Below are positions 55,635 through 64,000 of a DNA stretch of 64,000 nt, one piece after another. The DNA comes from a virus, in IMG/VR virus record IMGVR_UViG_3300042691_053485, positions 1-64,000 of that record. The stretch is one strand, 5' to 3'. The notes below the pieces were generated by a model. It had not been told where the DNA came from. It was given only the letters and a program-made list of their open reading frames with translations, and ran no database searches. A program made the translations under genes and the position numbers. The first letter of the stretch is position 1. Each line of letters starts with the position of its first letter.

Positions 55635-56409
55635 TAAAATTTAACTCTCTGTCAAAGTCAAAGAAGTATTCTTTTTTAGCCATTTGAAGCCAAAACTTCT
55701 TTTCCTGTTCAGACATATTTGTTTGTGACTCCATAATAGAACCCTTTACGCCATTCACGTGCTTGTAAGAGATTTTAGGGATGACAAAAATCGATTTTCC
55801 AAGGTTGAGCATACGCAATAAATGTTCATAATCTTGGAATCTTTTCATATTCCGCTTCAGTCCCCCTGTTTGAGTATAGCATTCAGTTTTCATCGTCAAA
55901 CAGTTGATATTATAGTTGTAAAACAAGTGCTCTTTAGCCCCCTTTAAATCAAAATAGCCGAATTTTTTCATACTATTAATAGCCCAAACTGACTCATTAG
56001 AAAATCCAAGGGGGCTATCCTCAGTATCGACCTCGTAAGTTAGTGGAACAAATACATCAACATTCGGATAAGCTGAAATATATTTGTTAATATTTAGGGT
56101 GTGATTCGGAAATACTACATCATCCATTTGGACAATACTGAAGTAAGCGGTTTTTACATTTTTTACGCCCTCATTGATTTGTGAGGTGTAATCTGTTAAT
56201 CCGGGATTGGTCAAACATTCAAAGGTTATGCCCTCCAATGAAGATTTAGCAATTTCCGATATAGTTTCTGTTAAATTTTCAGGAGAGATAAAGAGTACAT
56301 TAAAGTTTTTATCCTTTTGTGTGGATAACCCCTTGATACATTCTTGAAAATAAGGCTTATTTACCTCATTTAGCTCATGGATTGGAATTAATATGGTTGT
56401 ATTAGTCAT
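55609..56409 (-). CDS. Glycosyltransferase family 2
   Basis: ILIPIH, INEGV, QMDDVVFP, QDYEHLLR. Confidence 0.8.
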   Translation of the reverse strand: MTNTTILIPIHELNEVNKPYFQECIKGLSTQKDKNFNVLFISPENLTETISEIAKSSLEGITFECLTNPGLTDYTSQINEGVKNVKTAYFSIVQMDDVVFPNHTLNINKYISAYPNVDVFVPLTYEVDTEDSPLGFSNESVWAINSMKKFGYFDLKGAKEHLFYNYNINCLTMKTECYTQTGGLKRNMKRFQDYEHLLRMLNLGKSIFVIPKISYKHVNGVKGSIMESQTNMSEQEKKFWLQMAKKEYFFDFDRELNFIENEQEGA

Positions 56410-56415
56410 TTTTTT

Positions 56416-57477
56416 TTATTTTTTAGCTGCTTCAAATGTTTGAATTCTTCCGTCAATCAATGCCTTTACAAAGGTTTCCAGTTCTTCTTTAAACTTGCCC
56501 TCGTTATATTGTGCGGCAGTCTCTTGCATTTTTGGTAACACATTCTCATTCAAAGTGTCTGTTACCCATTCATCCAAGTATTGTGCAATATATTCAGGGA
56601 TTGACAAGTAATTCAATAACCAGATGCCATTATCTTTTAAATGGTATTTACCATTTTCTTCAGTACCCATCCATTCCGGCATTAATTCCGGAATTTTACC
56701 AATGACAGGCACTCCACATTTCATCGACTCAAGGGGGAATGTACCGAAAGAGGAAATCTCATCCACCCAAACTGATAGGCAGCAATCTTTGAGTGTATCT
56801 GCAAATTGACTTCGGTCCATATTTGAAACTCGTACAAACGGAACCCATGCGTATTGAGGGTATTGGATGTGGAATTGTTTTTCTATTTTTTCTCCGCGAG
56901 ATTTGTCCCTTGTGAATAGGAAGATTTTTGGGGTAGTTGGCTTTTCGCTAGGTTTGAAATCATCGTGAATGTATGGATTTACACAATGCACATTTTGCCC
57001 CCGCATAAATTTTTCAATATATCCCTTTTGAACTTTCGAAGTCGTAAGTACATTCTTAATTCCAAAGTGACTCCATCTAGTCCCAGACTCCAACCCAAAG
57101 AAAATCAAATCATATACTTGTGACACAACAACTACTTCGCATGGAAGTTTAATATTGTTTTGGCGCATATCGGAATAGAATGATTGCACCCAAGCTTCAG
57201 GCAAGAATAAGAAGTCAATTGCTGAAAGTTTCAACTTTTCAAATGCAATGTGTGGCAATTTACTATAATTCCCGCCCATCCAAAGCGGAGTCATATATTC
57301 TTTATCATGGAGGATAAAGGCTTTATATCCTCGTTCACGGAGTGCGGCTACAACGTCATAAATGTATGCAACTGCCCCACTCACATTCCCTTTAGTATTT
57401 GGAACGTAAAAATAGAAGGAAGAATCATTATTCTTCATCTTGTTGACTAAATCGTCGATAGTTGGTTGATTATTCAT
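56416..57477 (-). CDS. GT-B fold glycosyltransferase (GT4-like)
   Basis: SSFGTFPLESMKCGVPVIG. Confidence 0.75.
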   Translation of the reverse strand: MNNQPTIDDLVNKMKNNDSSFYFYVPNTKGNVSGAVAYIYDVVAALRERGYKAFILHDKEYMTPLWMGGNYSKLPHIAFEKLKLSAIDFLFLPEAWVQSFYSDMRQNNIKLPCEVVVVSQVYDLIFFGLESGTRWSHFGIKNVLTTSKVQKGYIEKFMRGQNVHCVNPYIHDDFKPSEKPTTPKIFLFTRDKSRGEKIEKQFHIQYPQYAWVPFVRVSNMDRSQFADTLKDCCLSVWVDEISSFGTFPLESMKCGVPVIGKIPELMPEWMGTEENGKYHLKDNGIWLLNYLSIPEYIAQYLDEWVTDTLNENVLPKMQETAAQYNEGKFKEELETFVKALIDGRIQTFEAAKK

Positions 57478-57883
57478 CGTTTTTATTTGCTTTTGCAATT
57501 ATGTCTTCTTTTGTTTTTTGAAATTCTATTTTCTCTGCAAACTTATGGAAAAGAATAGTATTCCATATTATAGTTTCATCGCTATTTAAAGACTCGGATA
57601 TTATAATTTGGATAGTATTAGCTAGAAGTGGATGCTTTGCAACCACACTTTCTACCTCATTAAAATTAATTTTATATCCGGTTCTTCCTATATATTTGGA
57701 TTGATGAGGTCGTAAGATGCCATATTCACACAATGTATTCAATAAAATGTCTGATGGGAATACATTATTTCTCAATTGGATGAGGAGTTCTTGTACAAAT
57801 CGTTCATTTTGTGGAAAGTATTTTGATTCTGCCAATGCTTGGAAATCAATATACAATTCGTGGGGGAAATAATGGGTTTTCAT
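57470..57883 (-). CDS. Hypothetical protein
   Basis: 137-aa ORF overlapping neighbours. Confidence 0.55.
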   Translation of the reverse strand: MKTHYFPHELYIDFQALAESKYFPQNERFVQELLIQLRNNVFPSDILLNTLCEYGILRPHQSKYIGRTGYKINFNEVESVVAKHPLLANTIQIIISESLNSDETIIWNTILFHKFAEKIEFQKTKEDIIAKANKNDE

Positions 57884-58647
57884 AGGATATTTTTATATTT
57901 TCTTAATTCTTTACAGGCATCGCCAAATTTTTTAAATCCGTACACTCTTTCATTCGCTAAACAATATTCATTGTACTCATTTTTTATAAGAAAACATACT
58001 TTCTTTGGTGGCACGTTTTCAGCGATATATTGGTCTGCCGTTACAATTACATCATATTTCTCCCAAATCTTGGAATAGTCATAGCAAAAATTTATGTTAT
58101 TTCCAAAAAAGCGGGTTTGGGATAGGAATAGCAGAGTGGCGGATTGACTATTCATCCGTTCCTGAGATACAACAGTTACAGAATGTTTAGTTTGATTCAT
58201 TGAGATGACCAAATCGTTTAAATCTTTCATCACACTTTCATACATCAAAGGAGTTCTAGCAAAAATTTCAAAGGCATTTTCACTATACATGAAATATTGA
58301 AATTCTTCTGAATCGTAAAACTTATGAAGTTTTGTGATATTCATAGGGTCATCTAATAGTTCAACAGAAATTAAATTTCTGACTCTATTATCGACCATTT
58401 CTTCGTAATCCTCCAATCCTTCAGAATTCGTCAAATCATATTGAACCAATGGAGAATTCTCATGATTTTTTACTTCTCCCGCGAAATTAAACTTCTCTTT
58501 AAGATATAATTTATCATCTTCTGAAGTTTCTAATAATTCATCTGTGTTTAAGCTCTGATTAATTTCACTTGTGTATAATTCGTATGATTGGTTAACAGTT
58601 TCGTAATGAGCTCTGATGACTTCGTTTAGTGTAACTCCGATTCTCAT
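57880..58647 (-). CDS. HAD-like / 5'(3')-deoxyribonucleotidase-like protein with degenerate motif I
   Basis: MRIGVTLNEVIR (cf. IGIDIDGV); YDVIVTAD; NEYNE. Confidence 0.5.
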   Translation of the reverse strand: MRIGVTLNEVIRAHYETVNQSYELYTSEINQSLNTDELLETSEDDKLYLKEKFNFAGEVKNHENSPLVQYDLTNSEGLEDYEEMVDNRVRNLISVELLDDPMNITKLHKFYDSEEFQYFMYSENAFEIFARTPLMYESVMKDLNDLVISMNQTKHSVTVVSQERMNSQSATLLFLSQTRFFGNNINFCYDYSKIWEKYDVIVTADQYIAENVPPKKVCFLIKNEYNEYCLANERVYGFKKFGDACKELRKYKNIL

Positions 58648-58681
58648 GTTTTTATTTTAATTTAATATGAGAATGTATAAA

Positions 58682-58706
58682 ATAAAAAAACCCGCAAACG
58701 CGGGTT
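58682..58706 (-). terminator. Intrinsic terminator after wecB
   Basis: Minus strand AACCCGC-GTTT-GCGGGTT then T run. Confidence 0.75.
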
Positions 58707-59697
58707 AAATGAGATTTAAGTTCGATAATATGTTATATATCCGTTCTGAAGATTTGCCATCGCCGAATGGGCAAGGTTCATCAATCATATAGTTGGAGAT
58801 AACACTGTTAAACAGACTTGGTAAGTTCTCAGGTTTCGGGCACAATGTTATATGGTCAGATATTGCCCTTTCCGATTCTATTCTACACACAATCACCCTT
58901 TTTTGCAGAAATGTTGCTTCCTCTTGAATTCCGCCAGAATCAGTAATGACAGCTTTTACATCCTTTAGCTGTTGAACTAATTCATTGTGTTTCATCGGCT
59001 CAACAACTTTAACTGACTTCAAAATCTCTTTGTGCTTCAAAACATTGGGATTAGGATGAATAGGTAAAACAAATTCAAGCTCAGGATTTAAGTTGGCTAT
59101 TTGCTCAATAGCAGTAAACCATTTATCCATCAGTTCGTGATTCTCCCTGCGATGGAAAGTACACAAAACTTTGCTTGAATACGTTGGCGTGATTCCTGAT
59201 AAATTATCAAGTACGGTGTTTCCAACAACGTATTTATCGCCAGAACATTTTTCAATTTCCAATGAAGCTTTATTCTCTTCTGTTGGACACAAATGAATAG
59301 ATGCAATTCTTGAAACCATTTGGCGATATGCTTCTTCCGGAAAAGGGTTGTTTAGGTCATAAGTTCGCAATCCTGCTTCAAGATGAATTACTGGGATTTT
59401 CAAGTTGAAATATTTTAACGCAATGGCAAATACAGACGCAGTATCTCCCTGCACCAATACTGCACTCGGATTGAGTTCCTCCAACTCTTTAGATGAGATA
59501 ATGGATGCAAAGATATTATTAAGACGCTCTATTGACCTTTTCGGGATTTCAAGCCTATAATTATACCATCCATCATTTATAGTTTCATGTTGACCTGTGA
59601 ATAAAACCTTGAAATTTACTGAATTTCTTTTGAAGTTTTCAATTATCGGAAGAATTTTTATCCATTCAGGGCGAGTGCCATAGGTTAATAAAATCAT
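58705..59697 (-). CDS. wecB: UDP-N-acetylglucosamine 2-epimerase (non-hydrolysing)
   Basis: YGTRPEWIK, TGQH, VQGDT, HLEAGLRT, PFPEE, HRREN, TDSGGIQEEA. Confidence 0.93.
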   Translation of the reverse strand: MILLTYGTRPEWIKILPIIENFKRNSVNFKVLFTGQHETINDGWYNYRLEIPKRSIERLNNIFASIISSKELEELNPSAVLVQGDTASVFAIALKYFNLKIPVIHLEAGLRTYDLNNPFPEEAYRQMVSRIASIHLCPTEENKASLEIEKCSGDKYVVGNTVLDNLSGITPTYSSKVLCTFHRRENHELMDKWFTAIEQIANLNPELEFVLPIHPNPNVLKHKEILKSVKVVEPMKHNELVQQLKDVKAVITDSGGIQEEATFLQKRVIVCRIESERAISDHITLCPKPENLPSLFNSVISNYMIDEPCPFGDGKSSERIYNILSNLNLI

Positions 59698-60458
59698 AAA
59701 TCCATTTTTAAGACTTCTGGGAGTTCCCCCTTAAACTTTTCAGTTTTAAACCAATCCGATGGAGTAATAGGATGTAGGTTTCTACTATTTTCATTCCAAG
59801 CCTTCCACTTCTCATCAAACCACTTTTTTGTGTTAAACTGGTGGGAGTGTCCCCAAGTATTTATTTTTTCCCAACATTCATCATCCGTTAATACATACGA
59901 TGCGTGATAACAGAGTGCGTCAAGAATGAAATACTTACTTCCTGTTAATCGCCGGCATCGTTGAAATTTTATATCTTTTTTTAAGTTTAAGGCGATTTCA
60001 GGATAACCAATAATGTATTGTCCATCACCCTTTATTATAATATTTGAGAAATCCTTCCAAAATGAAATCCAACCTGTTTTATAGTAGTCAAAGCCCGGGT
60101 TATTACTGATTCCTTGTATTATTTTTCCAAAATCTTCATAAGTATAAAACTCATCAGCATCATGGATTAATAGGTAGTCCATACCGTCCTTTTTTGCAGC
60201 TTCAACACAAGCATTTCGTTGTGCCTCTTCAGTATCCCATTTTCCTCTAATGAGTACTATCTTATCAAAAAACTCAGATTGCTTTAATACATCAAGATTT
60301 GATTTATTTTTAAAATCTTTTCTAGCGTTTTTATTATACAACCAAGGCTCTTCACTCCATGCTACATAAATTTTTTCTACAAATGGTGCTGCATTTGCTA
60401 TGTTTTGTAATATCCACTTATCTTGATTGTAAAGTAGAACATGCGATGCTATTCTCAT
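59694..60458 (-). CDS. GT-A fold glycosyltransferase-like protein
   Basis: EEAQRN, LLIHDADEFY. Confidence 0.7.
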   Translation of the reverse strand: MRIASHVLLYNQDKWILQNIANAAPFVEKIYVAWSEEPWLYNKNARKDFKNKSNLDVLKQSEFFDKIVLIRGKWDTEEAQRNACVEAAKKDGMDYLLIHDADEFYTYEDFGKIIQGISNNPGFDYYKTGWISFWKDFSNIIIKGDGQYIIGYPEIALNLKKDIKFQRCRRLTGSKYFILDALCYHASYVLTDDECWEKINTWGHSHQFNTKKWFDEKWKAWNENSRNLHPITPSDWFKTEKFKGELPEVLKMDL

Positions 60459-60459
60459 A

Positions 60460-61065
60460 TTATTTCCAATTATATACTTTTATACCAAGCCCTTGAAGAT
60501 GTTTAACAAGCCCTTGAGTTGTTTCAATATTTTCAGTCTCCAAATCCACATGGTGCCATTCTACATATAGTTGTGATATGTTCGAAGCTGTTTTATTTGA
60601 GATGAGGTGGCGTAAGAGAGTGTACTCAGCTCCTTCAATATCAAGCTTCACAATTACATTATGTGTATTTTTATCATATTTCTTCAAAATTGAATTGAAA
60701 TCAACACAATCTACTAGGATGGGTGGTTCACAGTAATTCAAATGAGTTGAATTAAGCTCTGTGATTACTGAGCCCCAGCCATCAATGGTTGAAGTGCCGT
60801 CATTTGGAGATTTGGAATTACTACGTTGAATATTTTCCTGTGAAAATGCAATTACCCCATCATAAATCCAAACAGCCTTCTTATGGACTGTTATGTTTAA
60901 TTTATGAGACTTGACTTTTTTTGAAACACGATTATTGTAATCACAGGCTGGGTTAGGCTCGAAACTTTCAATTATCCAATTTGAGTCCATTTTGAACTTC
61001 TCAACGAATTCCATGAGTCCTTCACCATAATGTCCTCCACAATCTAAAAATACGTTTTTTTTCAT
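60460..61065 (-). CDS. FkbM family methyltransferase
   Basis: FLDCGGHYGEG, IESFEPNP, KLDIEGAEY, YVEWH. Confidence 0.85.
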   Translation of the reverse strand: MKKNVFLDCGGHYGEGLMEFVEKFKMDSNWIIESFEPNPACDYNNRVSKKVKSHKLNITVHKKAVWIYDGVIAFSQENIQRSNSKSPNDGTSTIDGWGSVITELNSTHLNYCEPPILVDCVDFNSILKKYDKNTHNVIVKLDIEGAEYTLLRHLISNKTASNISQLYVEWHHVDLETENIETTQGLVKHLQGLGIKVYNWK

Positions 61066-61067
61066 TT

Positions 61068-61715
61068 TTATTTTTTAGTTACAATGCAAAAACCGCAGTT
61101 TGAAATGCTGTCTTTAAAGGCATAAAATTTGTTAAAATTTGTTTTGTGGTCATTCCAAGCTCTTGCAACTTCACACTGCGGAATTTTAACAGTAAAATAA
61201 TCATGCGACCAAACACTGTAATTCTCGGCTTTGTTATTTTTTAGAATATATTCTATTTCTTTTGTGACATGCTTATAAGTATGGTCGCCATCTTGGATGA
61301 TTAAATCGAATTCATGTGGAAATTTAAGAAGGTCAATTGAATTTGCTAAAATTCTTTTGAAGTTTCGATTTCTTATTTTTGTGTAATCAATCCGCTCTTC
61401 AATGTCTAAAAGAACTACTTCACCAAACCCATTAGCCTCAACCGCTTGCAAAATATGATTTGAGCTATTGCCTCGATAATTGCCAATTTCAAGAATTCTT
61501 TTAGGTTTTAAAATTCTTATCAGTACGTATATGGACTTACCTTCACTTTCCCATATAGTACCGCCATGTTCTTCAGGATAACCGCCATATAGGGCTTCTT
61601 CATAGTACTTTTTAAAATCTTTTTTTGATACTCCAAAAAGTGTTTTAAACCCTTCATAATAAGAGTTAAAAAAATCATCTCTCTTTTCCATTTTTTGTGT
61701 TTTTATTCGTTCCAA
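61068..61715 (-). CDS. Class I SAM-dependent methyltransferase (Methyltransf_24-like)
   Basis: ILEIGNYRGNSS, IIQDGDHTY, WSHDY. Confidence 0.8.
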   Translation of the reverse strand: MERIKTQKMEKRDDFFNSYYEGFKTLFGVSKKDFKKYYEEALYGGYPEEHGGTIWESEGKSIYVLIRILKPKRILEIGNYRGNSSNHILQAVEANGFGEVVLLDIEERIDYTKIRNRNFKRILANSIDLLKFPHEFDLIIQDGDHTYKHVTKEIEYILKNNKAENYSVWSHDYFTVKIPQCEVARAWNDHKTNFNKFYAFKDSISNCGFCIVTKK

Positions 61716-62365
61716 CCTCTAATACCAATATTCTTATGATACATTCCCATTTTTTCACCTAGTTGTTTATTATAGAATGTATCAGATGAGTTATCGTATT
61801 GATGGTTAAGTATTTTTGTTGTTTTATTATTAAAGCAATTAAAAAGAAACACTTCAGGTGAATATGAGTTTCTTATATCCTTTGGGATTTGGGACTCTTC
61901 TTTAATAGGATTTAATACTGTTTCAATAACTTTTATAAAAGAACCATTCATAAATATCCCTTCCATCATGAAATAGTTAGTACCATAATTGAATTTTGGA
62001 CTTCTACAAACAATATCATAACAGCCATCACCTACAAGTGATATGTTATGCTTATATACATCAATATAGTCCTCACTAATACTAACATCATCATGACTAA
62101 AAATAATTACGTCAGGATGTAAACTTAATGCTTTTTTAACCCCAAGCGCAAACCCGTTAACACAGCCAATTTTATGTGGTCTTTGAGTAAAATATATAGG
62201 GTGGACTCTTGAACCGAACGTTTGCTGCTTAAATGTATCAATGTTTATGTCATTATTATAAGCTATAACAAATTCCGACTCCGGGAAATGCTTAATTTCC
62301 TTTTGAATTGTTTCAAGTAGTGTCTTTGGGCGATTATAAACATTATGGACAAATACTATTTTCAT
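61703..62365 (-). CDS. Glycosyltransferase-like protein
   Basis: IVFVHNVYNR, IFSHDDV; in the glycan cluster. Confidence 0.55.
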   Translation of the reverse strand: MKIVFVHNVYNRPKTLLETIQKEIKHFPESEFVIAYNNDINIDTFKQQTFGSRVHPIYFTQRPHKIGCVNGFALGVKKALSLHPDVIIFSHDDVSISEDYIDVYKHNISLVGDGCYDIVCRSPKFNYGTNYFMMEGIFMNGSFIKVIETVLNPIKEESQIPKDIRNSYSPEVFLFNCFNNKTTKILNHQYDNSSDTFYNKQLGEKMGMYHKNIGIRGWNE

Positions 62366-63108
62366 TTCTTATTTACAGTTTTCCAACCCATTTTGATATA
62401 AGTTTCACAAAGCATATTCCTTAACTCAAAATGGTTTTTAGTTTGAAGATATGTTGCATTTTTATCATTTCCATGTTGAACCCCAAGAGCATGATTGTTG
62501 CCCCAAACTGAGTTATCATTTTTAGGATGTGGGGGGACAAATGTTTTGACATTTCCATATTTCTGAGCTAAATAACTAAATTGTATGTCTTCACCGTTAT
62601 CCCATGTAACGGGTTCTTCCATCCATAAGTATTTTAAGTGTTCTTTTTTAAAAAACCAACAATGCCCAACTAAGTCAACCTCTCTTACTTCAGGATTATT
62701 TGTACCATTCCAGCCTATTTTTTCGTGTGGCATATATGTATTACCCTTTAATAAAATTCCGCTGCATCCAAGTATACCATCTTTTTTCGATAATGTGTTA
62801 ATACAATTTTCAAACCATTTAGGTTCAGGAAAACAGTCATCATCAAAAATAGAGATGTATTTCGTTTGTGCTAGTAATCCCAACGCAAATCTTCCATGGA
62901 ATTTGAAATTATGGTTTGATTGAATTATTTTAACTGAAGGTGTTGTAATAGTTGGAAGCCCCTCCGTACCCTTATTACACCAAACCCAAATCTCCTTTGG
63001 CTTATATGTTTGCTTTTCAATAAAGTCAATTTGCTTTTGAATATTACTAGGTCTATTATAAGCATTTAATATGACCGTAAGGTCAATTATGTTGTTAGCC
63101 ATTTGCAT
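62362..63108 (-). CDS. Glycosyltransferase family 2
   Basis: VILNAYNR, ISIFDDDCFP, GEDIQFS. Confidence 0.8.
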   Translation of the reverse strand: MQMANNIIDLTVILNAYNRPSNIQKQIDFIEKQTYKPKEIWVWCNKGTEGLPTITTPSVKIIQSNHNFKFHGRFALGLLAQTKYISIFDDDCFPEPKWFENCINTLSKKDGILGCSGILLKGNTYMPHEKIGWNGTNNPEVREVDLVGHCWFFKKEHLKYLWMEEPVTWDNGEDIQFSYLAQKYGNVKTFVPPHPKNDNSVWGNNHALGVQHGNDKNATYLQTKNHFELRNMLCETYIKMGWKTVNKK

Positions 63109-63998
63109 ATTTTTTTAGAGTTTTCAGAATTGTCTTTTAAATAGTTCCTTGTGACACCAAGTCCCATGGTTTTATCCAATGAAGACCCAATATCAAGAAG
63201 GAATAGGTCTTTGCGGATATTATGAATTTTATAGATAGCTAATTTGGTAAATGTCCCCGCCATAAACAAAAAAACCGTGTTAGTGCTAACAGATTTTGAA
63301 TACTCAAGAATTTCAGAGATTTTATCATAGTCATTAAGCCAAGCATTTACCCCAATCCTAAATTCATTTATTACGTTTACATGTTTATGTAACTCTTTGG
63401 TGTCGGCATTTTTATGGCAGATAACCACTACATTTTTATCTCGAATGCTGTTTAGGAAATAGGATTTAAAATATTCATGATTACTGTTAACAAAAATATT
63501 AGCCCAGGTGAGGTTATAATCGGGCTGTGCCGCAACATTAAGCATTTTTTTTACACTATCCTTATTTACACAGCATGGGCAAGGAAGCCCAACAAAATAG
63601 TTAGCATCTTTATATTGAATTGATTCAACCATCTCTTGCTGAAGTTTCAAGTATCTTTTATCTTCAAGGTCAAACTTATGTTCGCCGTGGTGTTTATTAC
63701 TTAAATCTATAGGTTTTCCTTCAATTATCATCATCTCTCCATCGCCATACCTAACAATTGAAAAAGGATTGTTTTCTTTGAGTCTTTCAAAGAAAAAGTG
63801 TATCTCGGTATTGAAGATGTGACTCCTCTCAACATGTTTTACCACTCCAACGACAGGTGTTATTTTAATGTTTTTCGCCGTGTAGATGTTTGAGTTCGTT
63901 TTTGCATCAAACTTTGCTCGTTCAGTTTTCGAAACCGTTTGGCTTAAACTATTAGGATGCCGTCTATAATAGAAAAGTTGATTTTCAATAAAATATGT
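63087..63998 (-). CDS. 5'-partial protein: GT2-like C-terminus fused to a GT-D fold (DUF1792-like) domain
   Basis: Frame stays open from 63845 to the window edge (..LFYYRRHPNSLS..); GT-D motif FSIVRYGDGE and LDIGS. Confidence 0.7.
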   Translation of the reverse strand, partial: TYFIENQLFYYRRHPNSLSQTVSKTERAKFDAKTNSNIYTAKNIKITPVVGVVKHVERSHIFNTEIHFFFERLKENNPFSIVRYGDGEMMIIEGKPIDLSNKHHGEHKFDLEDKRYLKLQQEMVESIQYKDANYFVGLPCPCCVNKDSVKKMLNVAAQPDYNLTWANIFVNSNHEYFKSYFLNSIRDKNVVVICHKNADTKELHKHVNVINEFRIGVNAWLNDYDKISEILEYSKSVSTNTVFLFMAGTFTKLAIYKIHNIRKDLFLLDIGSSLDKTMGLGVTRNYLKDNSENSKKICKWLTT

Positions 63999-64000
63999 AC

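Noticed and set aside
1-64000. Diversity-generating retroelement driving LRR variation
   Set aside because: No reverse transcriptase or TR/VR pair is in the window, and variation is not restricted to adenines.
1-64000. Alternative genetic code (stop codon reassignment)
   Set aside because: Core genes are intact in code 11, and TAA, TAG and TGA are all used as stops; only one isolated in-frame TAA was seen.
1-64000. Eukaryotic giant virus (NCLDV) or host chromosome origin suggested by LRR, CUB and GT genes
   Set aside because: T4-like terminase, portal, protease and HK97-type gp23 capsid genes, bacterial terminators and tight operons indicate a tailed phage.
1-64000. tRNA or rRNA genes
   Set aside because: Intergenic spaces are short and I saw no cloverleaf or CCA signatures; tRNAscan-SE would be needed to exclude them fully.

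Overview
This 64 kb AT-rich window is best read as part of a large T4-like (probably myovirus-type, jumbo) phage genome, not a cellular chromosome. It carries the conserved head module terL, portal (with an unusual Pro-1 mini-intein), prohead protease, scaffold and major capsid protein (29.4-40 kb). It also has a tailspike-like gene, a gp5-like baseplate hub, an amidase endolysin, a ClpC-like ATPase, a sigma-70-like factor and a glycosyltransferase/methyltransferase cluster (55.6-64 kb). A Bacteroidota host is inferred from a T9SS (Por) C-terminal sorting domain gene and from A-rich, SD-less start regions. The most striking accessory content is two islands (1-12.4 kb and 40-51 kb) holding nine paralogous 23-aa leucine-rich-repeat genes built from shuffled 69-bp cassettes, plus ADP-ribosyltransferase-like, GNAT and HExxH proteins; a nucleotidyltransferase lies at 25-26 kb. 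Nearly all of these share a short N-terminal (I/L/V)-x-E leader resembling T4 capsid-targeting/gp21 cleavage signals, and most sit behind a TATTTAT(A/T) late-promoter-like motif. My main hypothesis (inference) is a virion-packaged, recombination-diversified LRR binder repertoire plus an injected effector arsenal. Two TnpB-only insertion elements with identifiable ends are also present. No database searches were run; family calls rest on motif recognition.
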